A DNA stretch of 64,000 nt from Narcine bancroftii (Eukaryota), in the NCBI RefSeq assembly GCF_036971445.1, contig NC_091481.1, positions 18,104,001 to 18,168,000 on the forward strand. Reading direction: 5' to 3'. This document shows, in pieces, positions 9,356 through 21,456 of the stretch. A model generated the notes under the pieces. The model was not told the origin of the DNA. It saw only the letters and a program-made list of their open reading frames with translations, and did no database searches. Position 1 is the stretch's first letter. The number at the start of each line of letters is the position of its first letter. The position numbers and the translations under genes were made by a program.

Positions 9356-11814
9356 TATGATGGTGACATACTGCTCGTGGATACATTAATGCACTCTTTT
9401 AATATACACCACTTATTGTAAATATAAATTCATGAAAAATAACGAGCATATTGTAAAAGTGTGGATCCTCGCGTAAAATGTTTTCTTGTACATAAATATC
9501 AACAAAAGCACAACAGTTGATGTTTTCATTAACTCTCAGTGACGGCTCTCCAAAGAACCAAAAGAGAATGGGCTCGAACGTCAAAAGTTACTAAAAGTGC
9601 CTATTAATTCATGAGCAAATGGTTCAGACATGCCAAATGCCACAGCCCAATGGAAAAAAATACAACTGTTGTGGAGTTGCTACAATATTCCTTCATTACA
9701 TTTGCAAATTGACATCTCCTTGATTTCAATTGGAGTTGACCTAGATGGTTAATGGAATTCTACGAAAAACCTGCATTTTATAAAGATCCTTCAACAAGGC
9801 GATTTGAAGGAGACATCTCTTGCTTGACACAGGACTGTGCAAGAAGGCATTCAGACAGATGACTAAAAGCTTAGTCCAAGAAACGGGTCCAAGTTTGTGG
9901 TGAGAGACCAGCAAAGTGTGCATTGGAAAACTGGTGTAAAATGCAGTAATTATAGATTATATTCCCTTCAAATTAGATGTTATCGCTGCTCAATCTCTCT
10001 GAAACTGAAATTAAAGTTCCTAATTAGTTTTTAAATTATTGATTTCCAAAAAATAGTATTTTGACTTTTTAATTGTCGTCATTTAAAAAAAAAATCCGGC
10101 CATCTTCTCTCATTTGACACTGAATTTATTTATCCTCAGTCCTTGGTTATTTCACATTCTAAAGTCTGTTGAAGGGGAGGCATCATCAGCGGAGCCTCTC
10201 ATTGTCCTTATATTAGCTTGCTCTGTCAGCAAACTGAACTGCAAAAATTGTTGTAACCGAAGGCTGTTCACTCCAACTGAGGAAATAATTTTTCCAGGTC
10301 TCTGCTAAGCAGACAGTTAACAAACTGCTTTAAATTACATTGGTTAGTTTAGATTTAAATAAAATACATTCACATAATGAGAAATGCAAATACTTGCATG
10401 TATGTAGTTGTTCCCATGCTTTAATTTAAAAAATTCTCCCAAAGTGAAAACTGGTTTATTACCAAAATAAAAGACAGTATTTTTGAATTCTGCTTTGAAT
10501 ACATTTGGGAACTTGTGCCCAAATATACCTGGAGTTGCAATGATTAGATTTAAAAATGTATTTAAATAATTTCTGCAAAATGATCCATTTTTATGCTCCA
10601 TATTTAGGAAGTTTAACAGAACAGTTGGTTCACTTTCTTTTACAATTAATTCCTTGATGGATTTAGGAATGGAAAATGGGTGCAATTTCATCAATTTAGC
10701 TGGAAATGGATTCATCACTCAAATAGACATTTTAATGAAGGAGCCCAATCCTTAACCTGTGAAGCTTAGATTCAAAAATCACTGAAAATGAATACAGCAT
10801 GATGGGTCATTTTTGTTGCAATAAATTCTATTTATTTTTAAAATATGAAAACTATATATAAATATGCTCACACATTTGCCAAAGAAAATGAACTCAAACC
10901 ATAGAAAAAGAGGGTTCTGGAATTAGAAAAATTTCATTGTGACTTGAGTGTTTTCATTTGAAAGCATAAAAATCTTAATGGTGACCTGAAAAGGTGGATT
11001 CATTTGTAAGCAGAGTCTGATCTACTATTTTGAATGTTAAGGGAATGTAAAATATCTCAGAATGGTTCTGGAAACGATACAAGTGGGTGATTCCAGTTTG
11101 ATTGGACTGATTCTACCAGTAGAAATAACTTAAATTTAGGCTAGTATTTTTAATAAGGTTGCCAAGTCTTCTGTGATTATTTAATTTTTAAACTACAGAA
11201 AATGTAACTAAATTCATACATTTAATTGCATTAATTACTCCCCCAAAATATTTAGTAAACATAGACAGTAATTCCTTCAGTCACTGGAGCAAAGACATGG
11301 ACTGCGGTTCTTTTAAGAACCTCTCAAGGTGATATTTAAACAATGCTACTATATATCATCTCAGGTCTAAACATATAAATATACTGTCACTTCATCTTCA
11401 TTAAGTATTAATTCTGTGCATGACCTACAGAATGCTTCTGTAGGTCATGAAAGTAGGTGATGCTTTGACATTAGGATCAATGATTACAGTAATCATCTTC
11501 ACTTTTGCTTGTCAATTCATCTTTATAATTCCAAGACAAGCTCTATTTCCAACTAAGAATTTCAATCCAAAATGATGAGATTTCCAAACTCTTGAATTTG
11601 CACATTCCTTGTTTTATCACTCCACGCACAATTTCAAAACTGGCTTAACCGTTTAATGTACTGCATTTGAGAAAAAGAGAAATACTATTACATCTAACTA
11701 ATTGTAACCTCAAGTTTCATATCAATATTAGATTTTGGACATAAAAGTATTAACCTTGTACTTTCCCTAAATGGCTTACTGAATAATCATTCACTGAATG
11801 GTTGCTTTTCAGTA

Positions 11815-12105
11815 AGTAGTAGTGCAGCTAGTAGAGCTTGCAGTACCAGGTTCAATCCCAACCTCGGGTACTGCACAAATGGAGGTTACATGCTCTCCCT
11901 GTGATTGTGTGGGTTTCATCTGGGTGCTCTGAGTTCCTCCCACTTCCTAAAGACATGAAGTTGCTAGGTTAACTGGTGACTATATTGCCCATGGTGAATG
12001 GTAAAATATTTGGGGACAATAAAAAAAAGAATTAATGTAGTATCAATACAGATAAATGGTTGATCATTCGCATGGAATCAGTGGGCCAAGGGATTTTTTT
12101 TGTGC
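11815..12105 (+). mobile_element. V-SINE/HE1-like SINE
   Basis: B-box GGTTCAATCCC and V-domain TGCTCTCCCTGTG...GGGTTTC...TTCCTCCCAC. Confidence 0.7.
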
Positions 12106-12324
12106 AGTTTTGTTGCAGAGTTTATAACTCGATAAAAGAGTTCCTTCAGTGCCCTGATTGGATAACCTCGGAGTTATTGATTTTCAAAGAAATAGAGCAT
12201 GTTATTGAGAAATAAATGAAGATAATGTCTAATTGTCGCAATATATTTTATTCTCCAATCTGTATTTTTCTGATGTTTCAACCAGGAATGCGTCCCATAC
12301 CTGGCTGAAAGGACAGACTGAAGA

Positions 12325-12344
12325 TCATGTGACAATGTTCCAAG
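12325..12344 (-). CDS. HDAC10: Candidate HDAC10 terminal coding exon (AWNIVT followed by stop)
   Basis: Strong pyrimidine-rich acceptor TTCTATTCTTGCAG in the right phase, and AATAAA on the minus strand at 12247-12252. An alternative acceptor exists near 11552. Confidence 0.45.
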
Positions 12345-13133
12345 CTGCAAGAATAGAATGGAAATAAGGGCAACTGCATTTTTCTGAAATGAATAGCTGG
12401 GACGACAAGTCCAGAGCTATGATATAATTGCATTACAGACAAGAGGAATTATTGCTCTTTATTTATAGAGCAAAGATCAAGAGATCAACTATTTACTGGA
12501 ATTGTTTTTTTTTTACAGCCACTGCATTCCAGAAAGTCATTGCCATTTTCCAGCAAAACATGCTGTCCAAAAAAGTCGGAATGGGAATGAGGGTGCCATT
12601 CCCGTTCCAAGACCCCTAGTAAATTTCCTGAAATTCCTGCAGTCTAAACTGAACTGTAGGCGATCCGTGAACAACGGGCAAATGCATAGGACGGCCAGCT
12701 TCCTAAAATACCGCACTTCAGATATTCTGTCTAAACTCATGGTGTGATATGGATATTTGGAGTTTTGGTCATTCCTGGGTGAACAGCCATTCCCGGAAGC
12801 AAGGGAGACACTTCAGAATGAAAAAAATCATGCAAGTTCTATGTAAAAAACATATTTGAATACTTAAAGAGCATTAACACAAGAAATTGAATTTAATTCT
12901 GATCTATTTCCATTCACAAATGGTGAGCAAATCCATCTACCATAGTTTATTTTAAAATACAATTTATGTTTAAAAATATATATTGACCGATTAACTGATA
13001 TAGCCCCTTTTGTTACTCTAAAGATTGCTGACCTTTGGGGGAACTACAGTAGAAAAGACTTGAGGGGCAAAAATTAACTTGGATTGCAATTCTTCTGGAG
13101 AATGTTATGTAAATGTACTTTTTTTTTGCTTAC

Positions 13134-13284
13134 CACTGTTATGAAGTAATTTCCAGTGCTGCTTCAGTTCTTGTCTAAGTTTCATCAACACAGATACATT
13201 TTCTTGATTTAAAGCAAAGGATTTTATTGCAGGCAACGGATCACCTAGCAAGGAACTTGCCAAAGTCTCGACAAGGTCAGAAGC
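13134..13284 (-). CDS. HDAC10: HDAC10 coding exon 19
   Basis: Reads ASDLVETLASSLLGDPLPAIKSFALNQENVSVLMKLRQELKQHWKLLHNS. Donor G|GTAAGC. Confidence 0.88.
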
Positions 13285-14003
13285 CTGAACAAATAAAAAA
13301 ATCCTGTTAAGATGCTACTGATTTAAAAAAATCAAACCAGCTCTCTGCTCTCATTGTTTAAAAATGCAGTGTTTCCCCATCTTTTCTCCTTCAAAAGCAT
13401 TTTAATACTTTTTATTTTTGCGTCTATTCACCAAAAGTTATGGACTCTTTCAATGGTAAACTCTATGTCAGTGGTTGATTCAGTGAAGGGTGACTGCAGG
13501 ACCTCCAATAAGACTTCCGAAGCTGCAACGTGGACATGCTGTGACCTCCGTGTTACTTTCCTTGAGGAATAGTTTCAGAATACCGTTCGCCTTATTTTGT
13601 AAACTTAGTAAATGTAGGGACATTACTTTGGAGATGCACTATTATGCCTTTTATAACAGAAGTCACCAAACAGGATTGACTCCTCACCTCAACTTTCTTA
13701 GAATATATCTGCAAGGGCAACTGCCACATTCCTGCTTCTTACTGATAATTCAATATGGAATCAAACCTTTAGACCTTTTTGGGATCTGACTAAACAACTA
13801 GATCTACAGGAAGTGGTTTAATATAAAACGTATGTCTTAGTGGTAATTTAGCCAGTGATCCATTGCAGCAACGATGCTTTTACGTGCACCAGATCAGAGA
13901 TACAAGATTTTTGGTTTCAAACTTGCATTGATGCAAATTAAATATATTAAGTTACAACAAAAAAATCTGCACCCTCTCAAATACTCAATTAATTTTAGCA
14001 TAC

Positions 14004-14192
14004 CTGACTTATTACAAGGATCCGACCTTCAGCAAGCAACTGTAGTAAATGGGTCAAGTGAGCCAGTGTAACTGCTTGAATTCCAGTGTTATCTCCCACT
14101 GCCAAAATCACTAGTTCAGGATTGTGTCCATACGCCAGAGGTAAAATAAATTCAAAAGTAGCATAAAGAAGATCGCCATCACATTCATTACC
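14004..14192 (-). CDS. HDAC10: HDAC10 coding exon 18
   Basis: Reads GNECDGDLLYATFEFILPLAYGHNPELVILAVGDNTGIQAVTLAHLTHLLQLLAEGRILVISQ. Confidence 0.9.
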
Positions 14193-14250
14193 CTGTAAGA
14201 AATATATTGTTCAAATTAAACATACTTCCTTTCTTATACTGACTACACTA

Positions 14251-14936
14251 GGTGGCACGGTTGGCGTGGCGGTTCGCACATCACCTTTACAGCGCCAGCA
14301 ATCTGGACTAGGGTTCGAATCCCACGCTGTCTGTAAAGAGTTTGTATATTCTCCCCACATCTGTGTGGGTTTTCCCTGGGGGGGGGGGGGTAGCTCTGGT
14401 TTTCTCCCACCATTTGAAATGTACCAGGGGTGCAGGTTAATTGGGTGTAAATTGGGCCCGTTATTATACTGCAAGTCTAAATTAAAATTAAAGGTCTTTT
14501 GGAATTGATGGGTCTTGTTATTGGGGAATTATGGCCAGGATTATGGTTTTAATTGTTCCCAGTCCATCTTTTGTTTCAGGAGATGATTCCTCTGGTATAT
14601 TCTATAGTTATTTATTTACATTTTGTCAAGCAATGGAAGCAAGTCCACTGGTGAAGGTGTAGAGATTCACCAGGATAGAGGGAGAAATTGGAAAGGCTTG
14701 GAGTAGAGGACTTGAGTAGGTAATGAGAACATTTTCCCCACGATGAGATTTCTAAAACTAGAGGGCATAGATTTAAGGTGATGTTGACAAGGAGAGCAAA
14801 ATAATTTATTTTACCTAGAGGGTGGCTGCAATCTGGACTACATATGGTAGTGGTGCTGGAGGCAGGTACTCTCACATGATTCAAGGAATATTTGGATCAG
14901 CACTTGAATCACTAAGACCTAGAAATCTATGGACCA
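14251..14936 (+). repeat. SINE plus decayed CR1 block, directly duplicated at 49166-49893
   Basis: About 700 bp of colinear similarity, including the junction sequence between the SINE tail and the CR1 remnant. Confidence 0.85.
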
Positions 14937-15065
14937 AGGAGTGGACGTCTTCCGAGGACGATTACAGAGTTGACCACGATGTTCTTTCTTTTAATGATGT
15001 TCCAACCTGTTGACTTAGGCCATCCTAAGGTGTGGGTGTGTTTCAGCCTCATAATGGCTTCTGTG

Positions 15066-15530
15066 ACAAGATATTAATGCCATCTGGTTGGAGGGTGCCC
15101 AGTCAGAAGATGAGGTGTGTCTCCAATTTACGGGTGCTCTTAGTCTGGCAGTACGCGAGACCATGGACAGACATGTTGGCAAGGGAATGGGATGGAGAAT
15201 TGAAATGGAGATCCATGCTATTGTGACGGACAGAGCTGAGGCGATACCTTATCTTGTTAATTTCATTCTCGAAAACAACTTGTTTGGCATATTCAGGTAA
15301 ATGTCAATAGATAGCACTCAGGGACAACAATTGTGGCTTATTTTTCTCCTGTTTAATTGGGCCAATTGTTTCCTAAATACTTTCCCATCCTGTCCTGAAT
15401 AAATATTTTTCACAATCGAGTATGGGCCCTTTTTTGTATAAGCTTCATCTTTACTCTTCAAAAATTGAAGATTTAAGATCCATACATTATTCTTAGGAGA
15501 TTACGAAGTTGGCATATCTGCAGCACTTGT
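15066..15530 (-). repeat. Inverted duplicate of 17379-17861 (intron sequence plus part of a Penelope element)
   Basis: Reverse-complement alignment over about 470 bp. The ORF track gives near-identical peptides for 15088-15300 (+) and 17603-17890 (-). Confidence 0.9.
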
Positions 15531-15544
15531 TAGCATGTGGTGGT

Positions 15545-15750
15545 TCGCGCAGAACAGACCAGGGTTCGAAACCCGTGCTGTCTGTAAGGCGTTTGTATGT
15601 TCTCCCTGTGTCTGCATGGGTTTTCTCGGGGGACTCCTACCGTTCAAAACATATCAGGGGTGCAGGTTAATGGGGTGTAAATTAGGTGGCACAGACTCGA
15701 GGGTCAAAATGACCTGTTACCATGCTGCATGTCTAAATTTTCTTAATTAA
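15545..15750 (+). mobile_element. V-SINE/HE1-like SINE with disrupted 5' end
   Basis: GGGTTCGAAACCC B-box, V-domain and GTCTAAAT tail. Confidence 0.75.
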
Positions 15751-15966
15751 TGTTTTTTAACGCTAATAATGAAGACTAGTTTAGATGGACACTTGATGAT
15801 CAGGCATGGAAAAAGCCAGTCTCTGTGCTTGTATGACTCTAATGGTCTACAAAAGGAATCCAGACTTCTTTTCCAATATCACAAGTATTTTTCCAACATT
15901 CATCCGCAAATGTTGAAGAAGGAATTTTCCACTGAGAGTGTATGAATACAAGATGAGATGCAGGGT

Positions 15967-16902
15967 CTTTTAAAAATTTTTCACACTATAAACCACATTG
16001 ATCAAGATTCCTTTTCAAATATGTACGTCATTTTCTCCCCCCCCTTTCCCATCCCACCCTCCCTACCTCCCCTCCCGTTCATTTAAAGTTCAGAATCTAA
16101 GATACATTAAACCCGTCAAACAATGTTGTCACTCAATAAAAATAAACAAGAAATTCCACTGAGTCAATTCTTTTCATTCCCTTCTCCTTCTGTCAATTTA
16201 GGTGATAGATGTCCCCGGTAGGTTTTCTCTATTGTGTTTCATGTATGGCTCCCATATTTGTTCAAATATTGTAATATTATTTCTTAAATTATAGGTTATT
16301 TTTTCTAATGGAATACATTTATTCATTTCTATATACCATTGTTGTATTCTCAAATTATCTTCTAATTTCCAGGCTGACATAATACATTTTTTTGCTAAAG
16401 CTAGGGCTATCCTAACAAATCTTTTTTGTGCACCATCCAAATCAAGTCCAAATTCTTTGTTTTTTATATTACTTAGGAGGAAGATCTCTGGGTTTTTTGG
16501 TATATTGCTTTTTGTGATTTTATTTAATATCTGGTTTAGATTTTCCCAAAATTTTTTCACTTTCTCACATGTCCAGATTGCATGAATTGTTGTTCCCACT
16601 TCCTTTTTACAGCGAAAACATCTGTCAGATACTGTTGGGTCCCATTTATTTAACTTTTGAGGTCCAATATATAGCCTGTGTATCCAGTTATATTGTATCA
16701 TACGTAACCTCGTATTTATTGTATTTCTCATAGTTCCTGAGCATAACTTCTCCCATGTTTCCTTCTTTATCTTTATGTTTAGATCTTGTTCCCATTTTTG
16801 TTTAGTTTTACCATTTGTTTCCTCATTCTCCTTTTCTTGTAGTTTAATATACATGTTTGTTATAAATTTTTTGATTATCATTGTGTCTGTAATCACATAT
16901 TC
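15967..16902 (-). mobile_element. 5'-truncated L1-clade LINE (ORF2 C-terminus with zf-RVT CCHC, plus 3'UTR)
   Basis: ORF with IQYNWIHRLY...CFRCKKEVGTTIHAIWTC. 16-bp TSD AGATGAGATGCAGGGT at 15951-15966 and 16903-16918. Confidence 0.9.
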
Positions 16903-17149
16903 AGATGAGATGCAGGGTTGATGATGCCAGATAGACCAAATTATAGGTGTCAACGGGGGAAATATAAGTTCCTGTGTGCAAGAATCAAGTTTGTTTGCTG
17001 TATTAACAATACATTACTCTCCAATCCCTGAACAGTAGAGCGTTCTCAACCACCAGGAAATTCCAAACAGAGGAGAAAAAATTCTCCTGAACTTAAATTA
17101 GGGTGCTTTCCCTGATAAATATTATGTCACAGCCATTTTATACACTTAC

Positions 17150-17231
17150 CTCTTTCCAGTAAATTGGGATAAAGTAATTGTTTCCCCTCTTCTTGTCCAG
17201 TTTCCCAAATATGTTCACCACTAGGATTTTT
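17150..17231 (-). CDS. HDAC10: HDAC10 coding exon 17
   Basis: Reads KILVVNIFGKLDKKRGNNYFIPIYWKE. Donor GAG|GTAAGT. Confidence 0.8.
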
Positions 17232-17659
17232 CTGAACATTAAATAAAAAAAATATTGCTCTCAGCTTCAATATTACAAAGTTATAATACATTTCATTTAT
17301 AATTTGTCATGATGAACATATACAATGAAGAATTCCATAAATCTGCAATATAATTTCATCTCAAGTTGGCCTTTCATCACAAGTGCTGCAGATATGCCAA
17401 CTTCATAATCTAAGAACAATATATGGATCTTAAATCTTCAATTTTTGAAGAGTAAAGATGAAGCTTATACAAAAAAGGGCCCATATTTGATTGTGAAAAA
17501 TATTTATTGACAGGATGGGAAAGTATTTAGGAAAAAATTGGCCTAATTAAACAGGAGAAAAATAAGCCACAATTGTTGTCCCTGAGTGATGTCTATTGAC
17601 ATTTACCTGAATATGCCAAACAAGTTGATTTCAAGAATGAAATTAACAACTTTAACGAG

Positions 17660-18150
17660 ATAAGGTATCGCTTCAGCTCTGTCCGTCACAATAGCAAGGA
17701 TCTCCCAATGGCGACCCATTTCAATTCTCCATTCCATTCCCTTGCCAACATGTCTGTCCATGGTCTCGCGTACTGCCAGACTAAGAACACCCATAAATTG
17801 GAGACACAACACCTCATCTTCTGACTGGGCACCCTCCAACCAGATGGCATTAATATCTTGTTCTCTGGCTTTTGTTAAATCCCCTCCCACCCCATTCCTC
17901 CCCTATGTCTCTCCATTCTCTGACTCCTTTTGCAAAGACATGATAAATTCTACCAAGTGGCCTATCATATCCAATTAACACCTTTTGTTGGTCTGGATTC
18001 CTCCCCCTTTGTTTCTGATACATCCTGCTTCTGGCTTTTCCAATTTTTCCTTGAAGAAGGGCTCAGGCCCGAAACGTCGGCAATATATCTTTGTCTCCTT
18101 TGGATACTGAAAAGAGCAGCTGAGTTGCTCCAGCATTTTGATGTGTTTAC
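17660..18150 (+). mobile_element. Penelope-like element 3' part (GIY-YIG tail and terminal repeat with hammerhead-like motif)
   Basis: Typical ...HFNS...HLIF.LGTLQP.GINI coding remnant, followed by TTGAAGAAGGGCTCAGGCCCGAAACGTC and GCTGAGTTGCTCCAGCA. Confidence 0.7.
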
Positions 18151-18619
18151 CAAATGGCTTTAGCAAACAAGGCACCATATTGGTGACAAAGGAGATTGGA
18201 GCAAAAAATAACCTGCTGGAGGAACTCAGCAGGTTGAATAACATCTGGGAGGGGTGAGGGGGAGGAATTTCCGATATTTCCAGTCAAAACCCCTCAACAG
18301 TCTTGATGAAGGTTTCAACCTAAAAGTTGCTGTTCAACTTGCATTCCTGCACAAGGTAGTTTTTTGCTCTAGATTATCAATATTCCTGTTTTCTCCCTCT
18401 ATCCCTTTGGAATTAAGAAATACATTAATGTTATTTCACAATTTATTTAATGTCTTGGCTTCCAACACCCTCAGGGTGAAGAAATTTCTCAATCTTGGTT
18501 TTAAATGGCATACCTTGTATCCTGAAGCTGTGAACTCTGCTTCTGGACATTCCATTTATCAGGAATATCCTTTCTCCATCTGGTTTGCCTAGTCCTGTTA
18601 ATGACCATAGTTGGGGAAA

Positions 18620-18830
18620 TGCTTGAACTATCATGAAGGAAGAAAACGCAAGACATTGGGATAGAAATTGTTCCATCAGACAAATGCATCATGGATTCAG
18701 GAGGGGAAGGTCATGTTTCACTGGCTTACTGAAGTTCTTTGAGGATATTACAAGTGCAGTGGATAGAGGAGACGAGGTGGATGTGGTATTCTTAGATGTC
18801 TGGAAGGCATTCGATAAAGTGCTCTTTTGT
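18620..18830 (+). mobile_element. CR1 LINE RT fragment
   Basis: Reads HGFRRGRSCFTGLLKFFEDITSAVDRGDEVDVVFLDVWKAFDKV. Confidence 0.85.
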
Positions 18831-19012
18831 ATTAATATTGGAAAATGAATGCTGTGCTCCCACAAAGCGATCATATCTTTTCTAGGCTGTTGTCTTTGAA
18901 CTGATCATGGTATTCTAGATATGATCTAACCAAGGCTTTGGTCAGCCATGTCATAATTTCCAATCAGTTTAAGGTTTTAAATACCATTTGAAGAGAAACA
19001 GCAGAAACTTAC

Positions 19013-19069
19013 TCATCAGCTGTAACATCAACTGGAATATCAGCTTCTCCAAGGAGCAGAAGAAGAACT
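19013..19069 (-). CDS. HDAC10: HDAC10 coding exon 16
   Basis: Reads VLLLLLGEADIPVDVTAD. Donor GTAAGT. Confidence 0.78.
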
Positions 19070-19562
19070 CTTAAAGAAAAACATACATAAACTTCACAAT
19101 ATTAATATAAAACAATTCTACAAAATCCAGGCAATAACTGGAAGCCAATGGTCATTATATTGGTGAAAGTAACATTATGCTCAGCCCACAGTGAAGTAGT
19201 CACACCCACATTTGAATAAGATAAATATTCCTCCCACCCTCCAAAACGTATAGGATTAATAGGGTGGCATGGGTTTAACGGACCAGAAAGACCTTCTACC
19301 GTGCTCTATCGATGAAATTAAAATTTTAAAAAAACATTCACAAATATATTTGCTGTGAAACAGAAGAACAAACTTTGCATAAGGTATTATCTGCAAGATG
19401 AAATAAGTACAAAATATGGTAAATACCAAAGAAAACAAAGACCATAAAATATAAAAAAAGATTGTGAAATTAAATGTTGAAGAAAGCTGGTTTATTTAAG
19501 AGACATGCTTGCCTCAGCATTCTTTCCTTGAAATTTTACGTCACTACAAACATTAAAGCATA

Positions 19563-20189
19563 TACAGTAAAACCCCTGCTATCAAGAATTCAACCAACCA
19601 GCAAAAAAAATTTAAAAATTAAAATGAATAAGAATAAAATAATAGATTAAAAATACATTAGTTCAAAAGGCGGCAGCAAATAGTCAGCCAGTGGAGGGCC
19701 TTGGTTGTGCTTTGCTCGTAGTAGCTGTTTGAATAAAGTTGTGTGAAACAGCAATGGTGTCGCCCAGGATGTCACTCACCATTAAGGTGATTCTCTTAAA
19801 GTGTCCCTTTATTCCTGCCCCGGGCAGAGGCTTTATCTGTAAATTTCTGGGGGGAGAGGGGGTGGGGATAATTATGTATAATGTTATCGCTCGTCTTTCG
19901 TGTAGGTTCGTGGAGGGAGAGGAACCTGGAGATGAATCAATGGTTAAATTTAAAAAAAAAAATGTGACTGAAAATAAAGTAAAATGCTTTAAGGTTTATA
20001 TATTCATGGAAGTGAAGTTTGTTCATTTTAAGTACAGTATAGTATTTTTGCTTTTGTCTCCTAAACTATTCATTCTTAATGCAGGTGTATTAGTTGGACA
20101 TTGTAAGACTAAGTCTCAAGCAAATGGAAAATATACTATCCGGCATCTACCAATCCCCATAGATGCTGGATATCAGGGCTTTTACTGTA
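19563..20189. mobile_element. Non-autonomous TcMar/Tigger-like element with TIRs and TA TSD
   Basis: TA+CAGTAAAACCCCTG at the left end and CAGGGCTTTTACTG+TA at the right end. Confidence 0.75.
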
Positions 20190-20791
20190 ATTTCAAAAAG
20201 AGGGAGTCTTTCCTCATCCTTGACTTTTCAGAGTTCCTCCTAGAGTTCCAGCAGTAAAATCGGTGAAAATCAGACAATATCTTCCGGTCAGTCCATAAAT
20301 CTAGTCTACTTCAGCAAAAATTGATTGAATTTGTCATAAATGGCAATTACTAGGTACAATTTTTAGTTTGTGCCAACCTAGCTGAATTTAGCAGGGATGA
20401 TACAGTAGACACTGCAGTTAATGTACAGTATCTGAATCGGAGAGGGGTAAAATGGCCGCAGCATTGGTCACGATCGCTCTTCAAAATACCCCGAAAGAAG
20501 GATGCAAGGGAGAATACTTTAGGGATTTGCCAAAAATTATTCAATATCTAGATGAGATGCAAGAAGCCAGCAGTTAAAATATATACAAATTTACACTTTC
20601 AGAATGACAAGAATCAGATTGGGGATGTTGGGTCGGCCTCCCAGTAGGAGCAGGGATATCAGTCTCCCTGCAGGACAGGTAGATCCAAACTTACGATAAT
20701 TTCACTTTACAGTGCGAGTCGCGGAACCGAACCCCATCGTAAGTCGGGGACTATCTGTTACCTATTCAGTTTAATCTCAACATTTATATAC

Positions 20792-20874
20792 CTGCTTGCT
20801 CCAACAGTAATACTATACCGCACTGCAATGGCACTAGATGACAATGTCAGGGCTACCACAATAGCATTTCGAAC
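20792..20874 (-). CDS. HDAC10: HDAC10 coding exon 15
   Basis: Reads VRNAIVVALTLSSSAIAVRYSITVGAS. Phase-consistent. Confidence 0.78.
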
Positions 20875-21456
20875 CTAAGTAACAGGAAACAAAGCTGTAA
20901 GAGCACGACACCAGTTGATTCAGTTCTGCATTAAACAACTTTTCACAAACATCTTCATCAAACAACCTGAACTCAAACTGAACTAAATGGTTATGAGAGT
21001 GGTAATAGTAATTATAATTGAAGGACACCACACAGTTCTTTTAGGTAAAACTTTCCTTTCCATTGTATCCTTAATGTGGTGAAATATCCAAAGATGTTTT
21101 GCTAAAGTGCTATCAATCAAAATTTGACATGAGGAGATACCAGGATGGTTAACCGAAATTTAGTCTTTGAAGGAAAAAGAGGAAGGAAAAAAATTCTAAA
21201 ATTTTAACACCCCCCCCCCCACCGAGTTCCACAATTAATACTCAGTTTAGTCCAAAACAAGAATTGTAACCAATAAATGAATGGAAGCAATGAAACTTAC
21301 AAAAAAAAAATCATGTTTGTTAATTCAACACTTAGTGTTTGGCTTACTATTTCTCAGTCCATAAATCATGGAATGATTAAGCATCTGTTCTCTCCCTGAT
21401 TATTGGCAATTTGTTCTAATTTCACCATGTACATGGCAGCCACAGGTTGCACCTAC

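Noticed and set aside
14251-14330. tRNA-like sequences with A and B boxes (also at 29761, 35487 and 49160)
   Set aside because: They are SINE heads followed by the V-domain and tail, and do not form complete cloverleaf tRNAs.
15240-15300. Exon-like segment ending CAG|GTAAAT present in both arms of the inverted repeat (also about 17605-17670 on the minus strand)
   Set aside because: The HDAC10 exon chain is complete and in phase without it, and the peptide shows no HDAC similarity. At most it is a cryptic donor.
19739-20257. 172-aa ORF
   Set aside because: It lies mostly within a Tigger-like non-autonomous element, and the sister copy at 570-1142 does not keep the frame.
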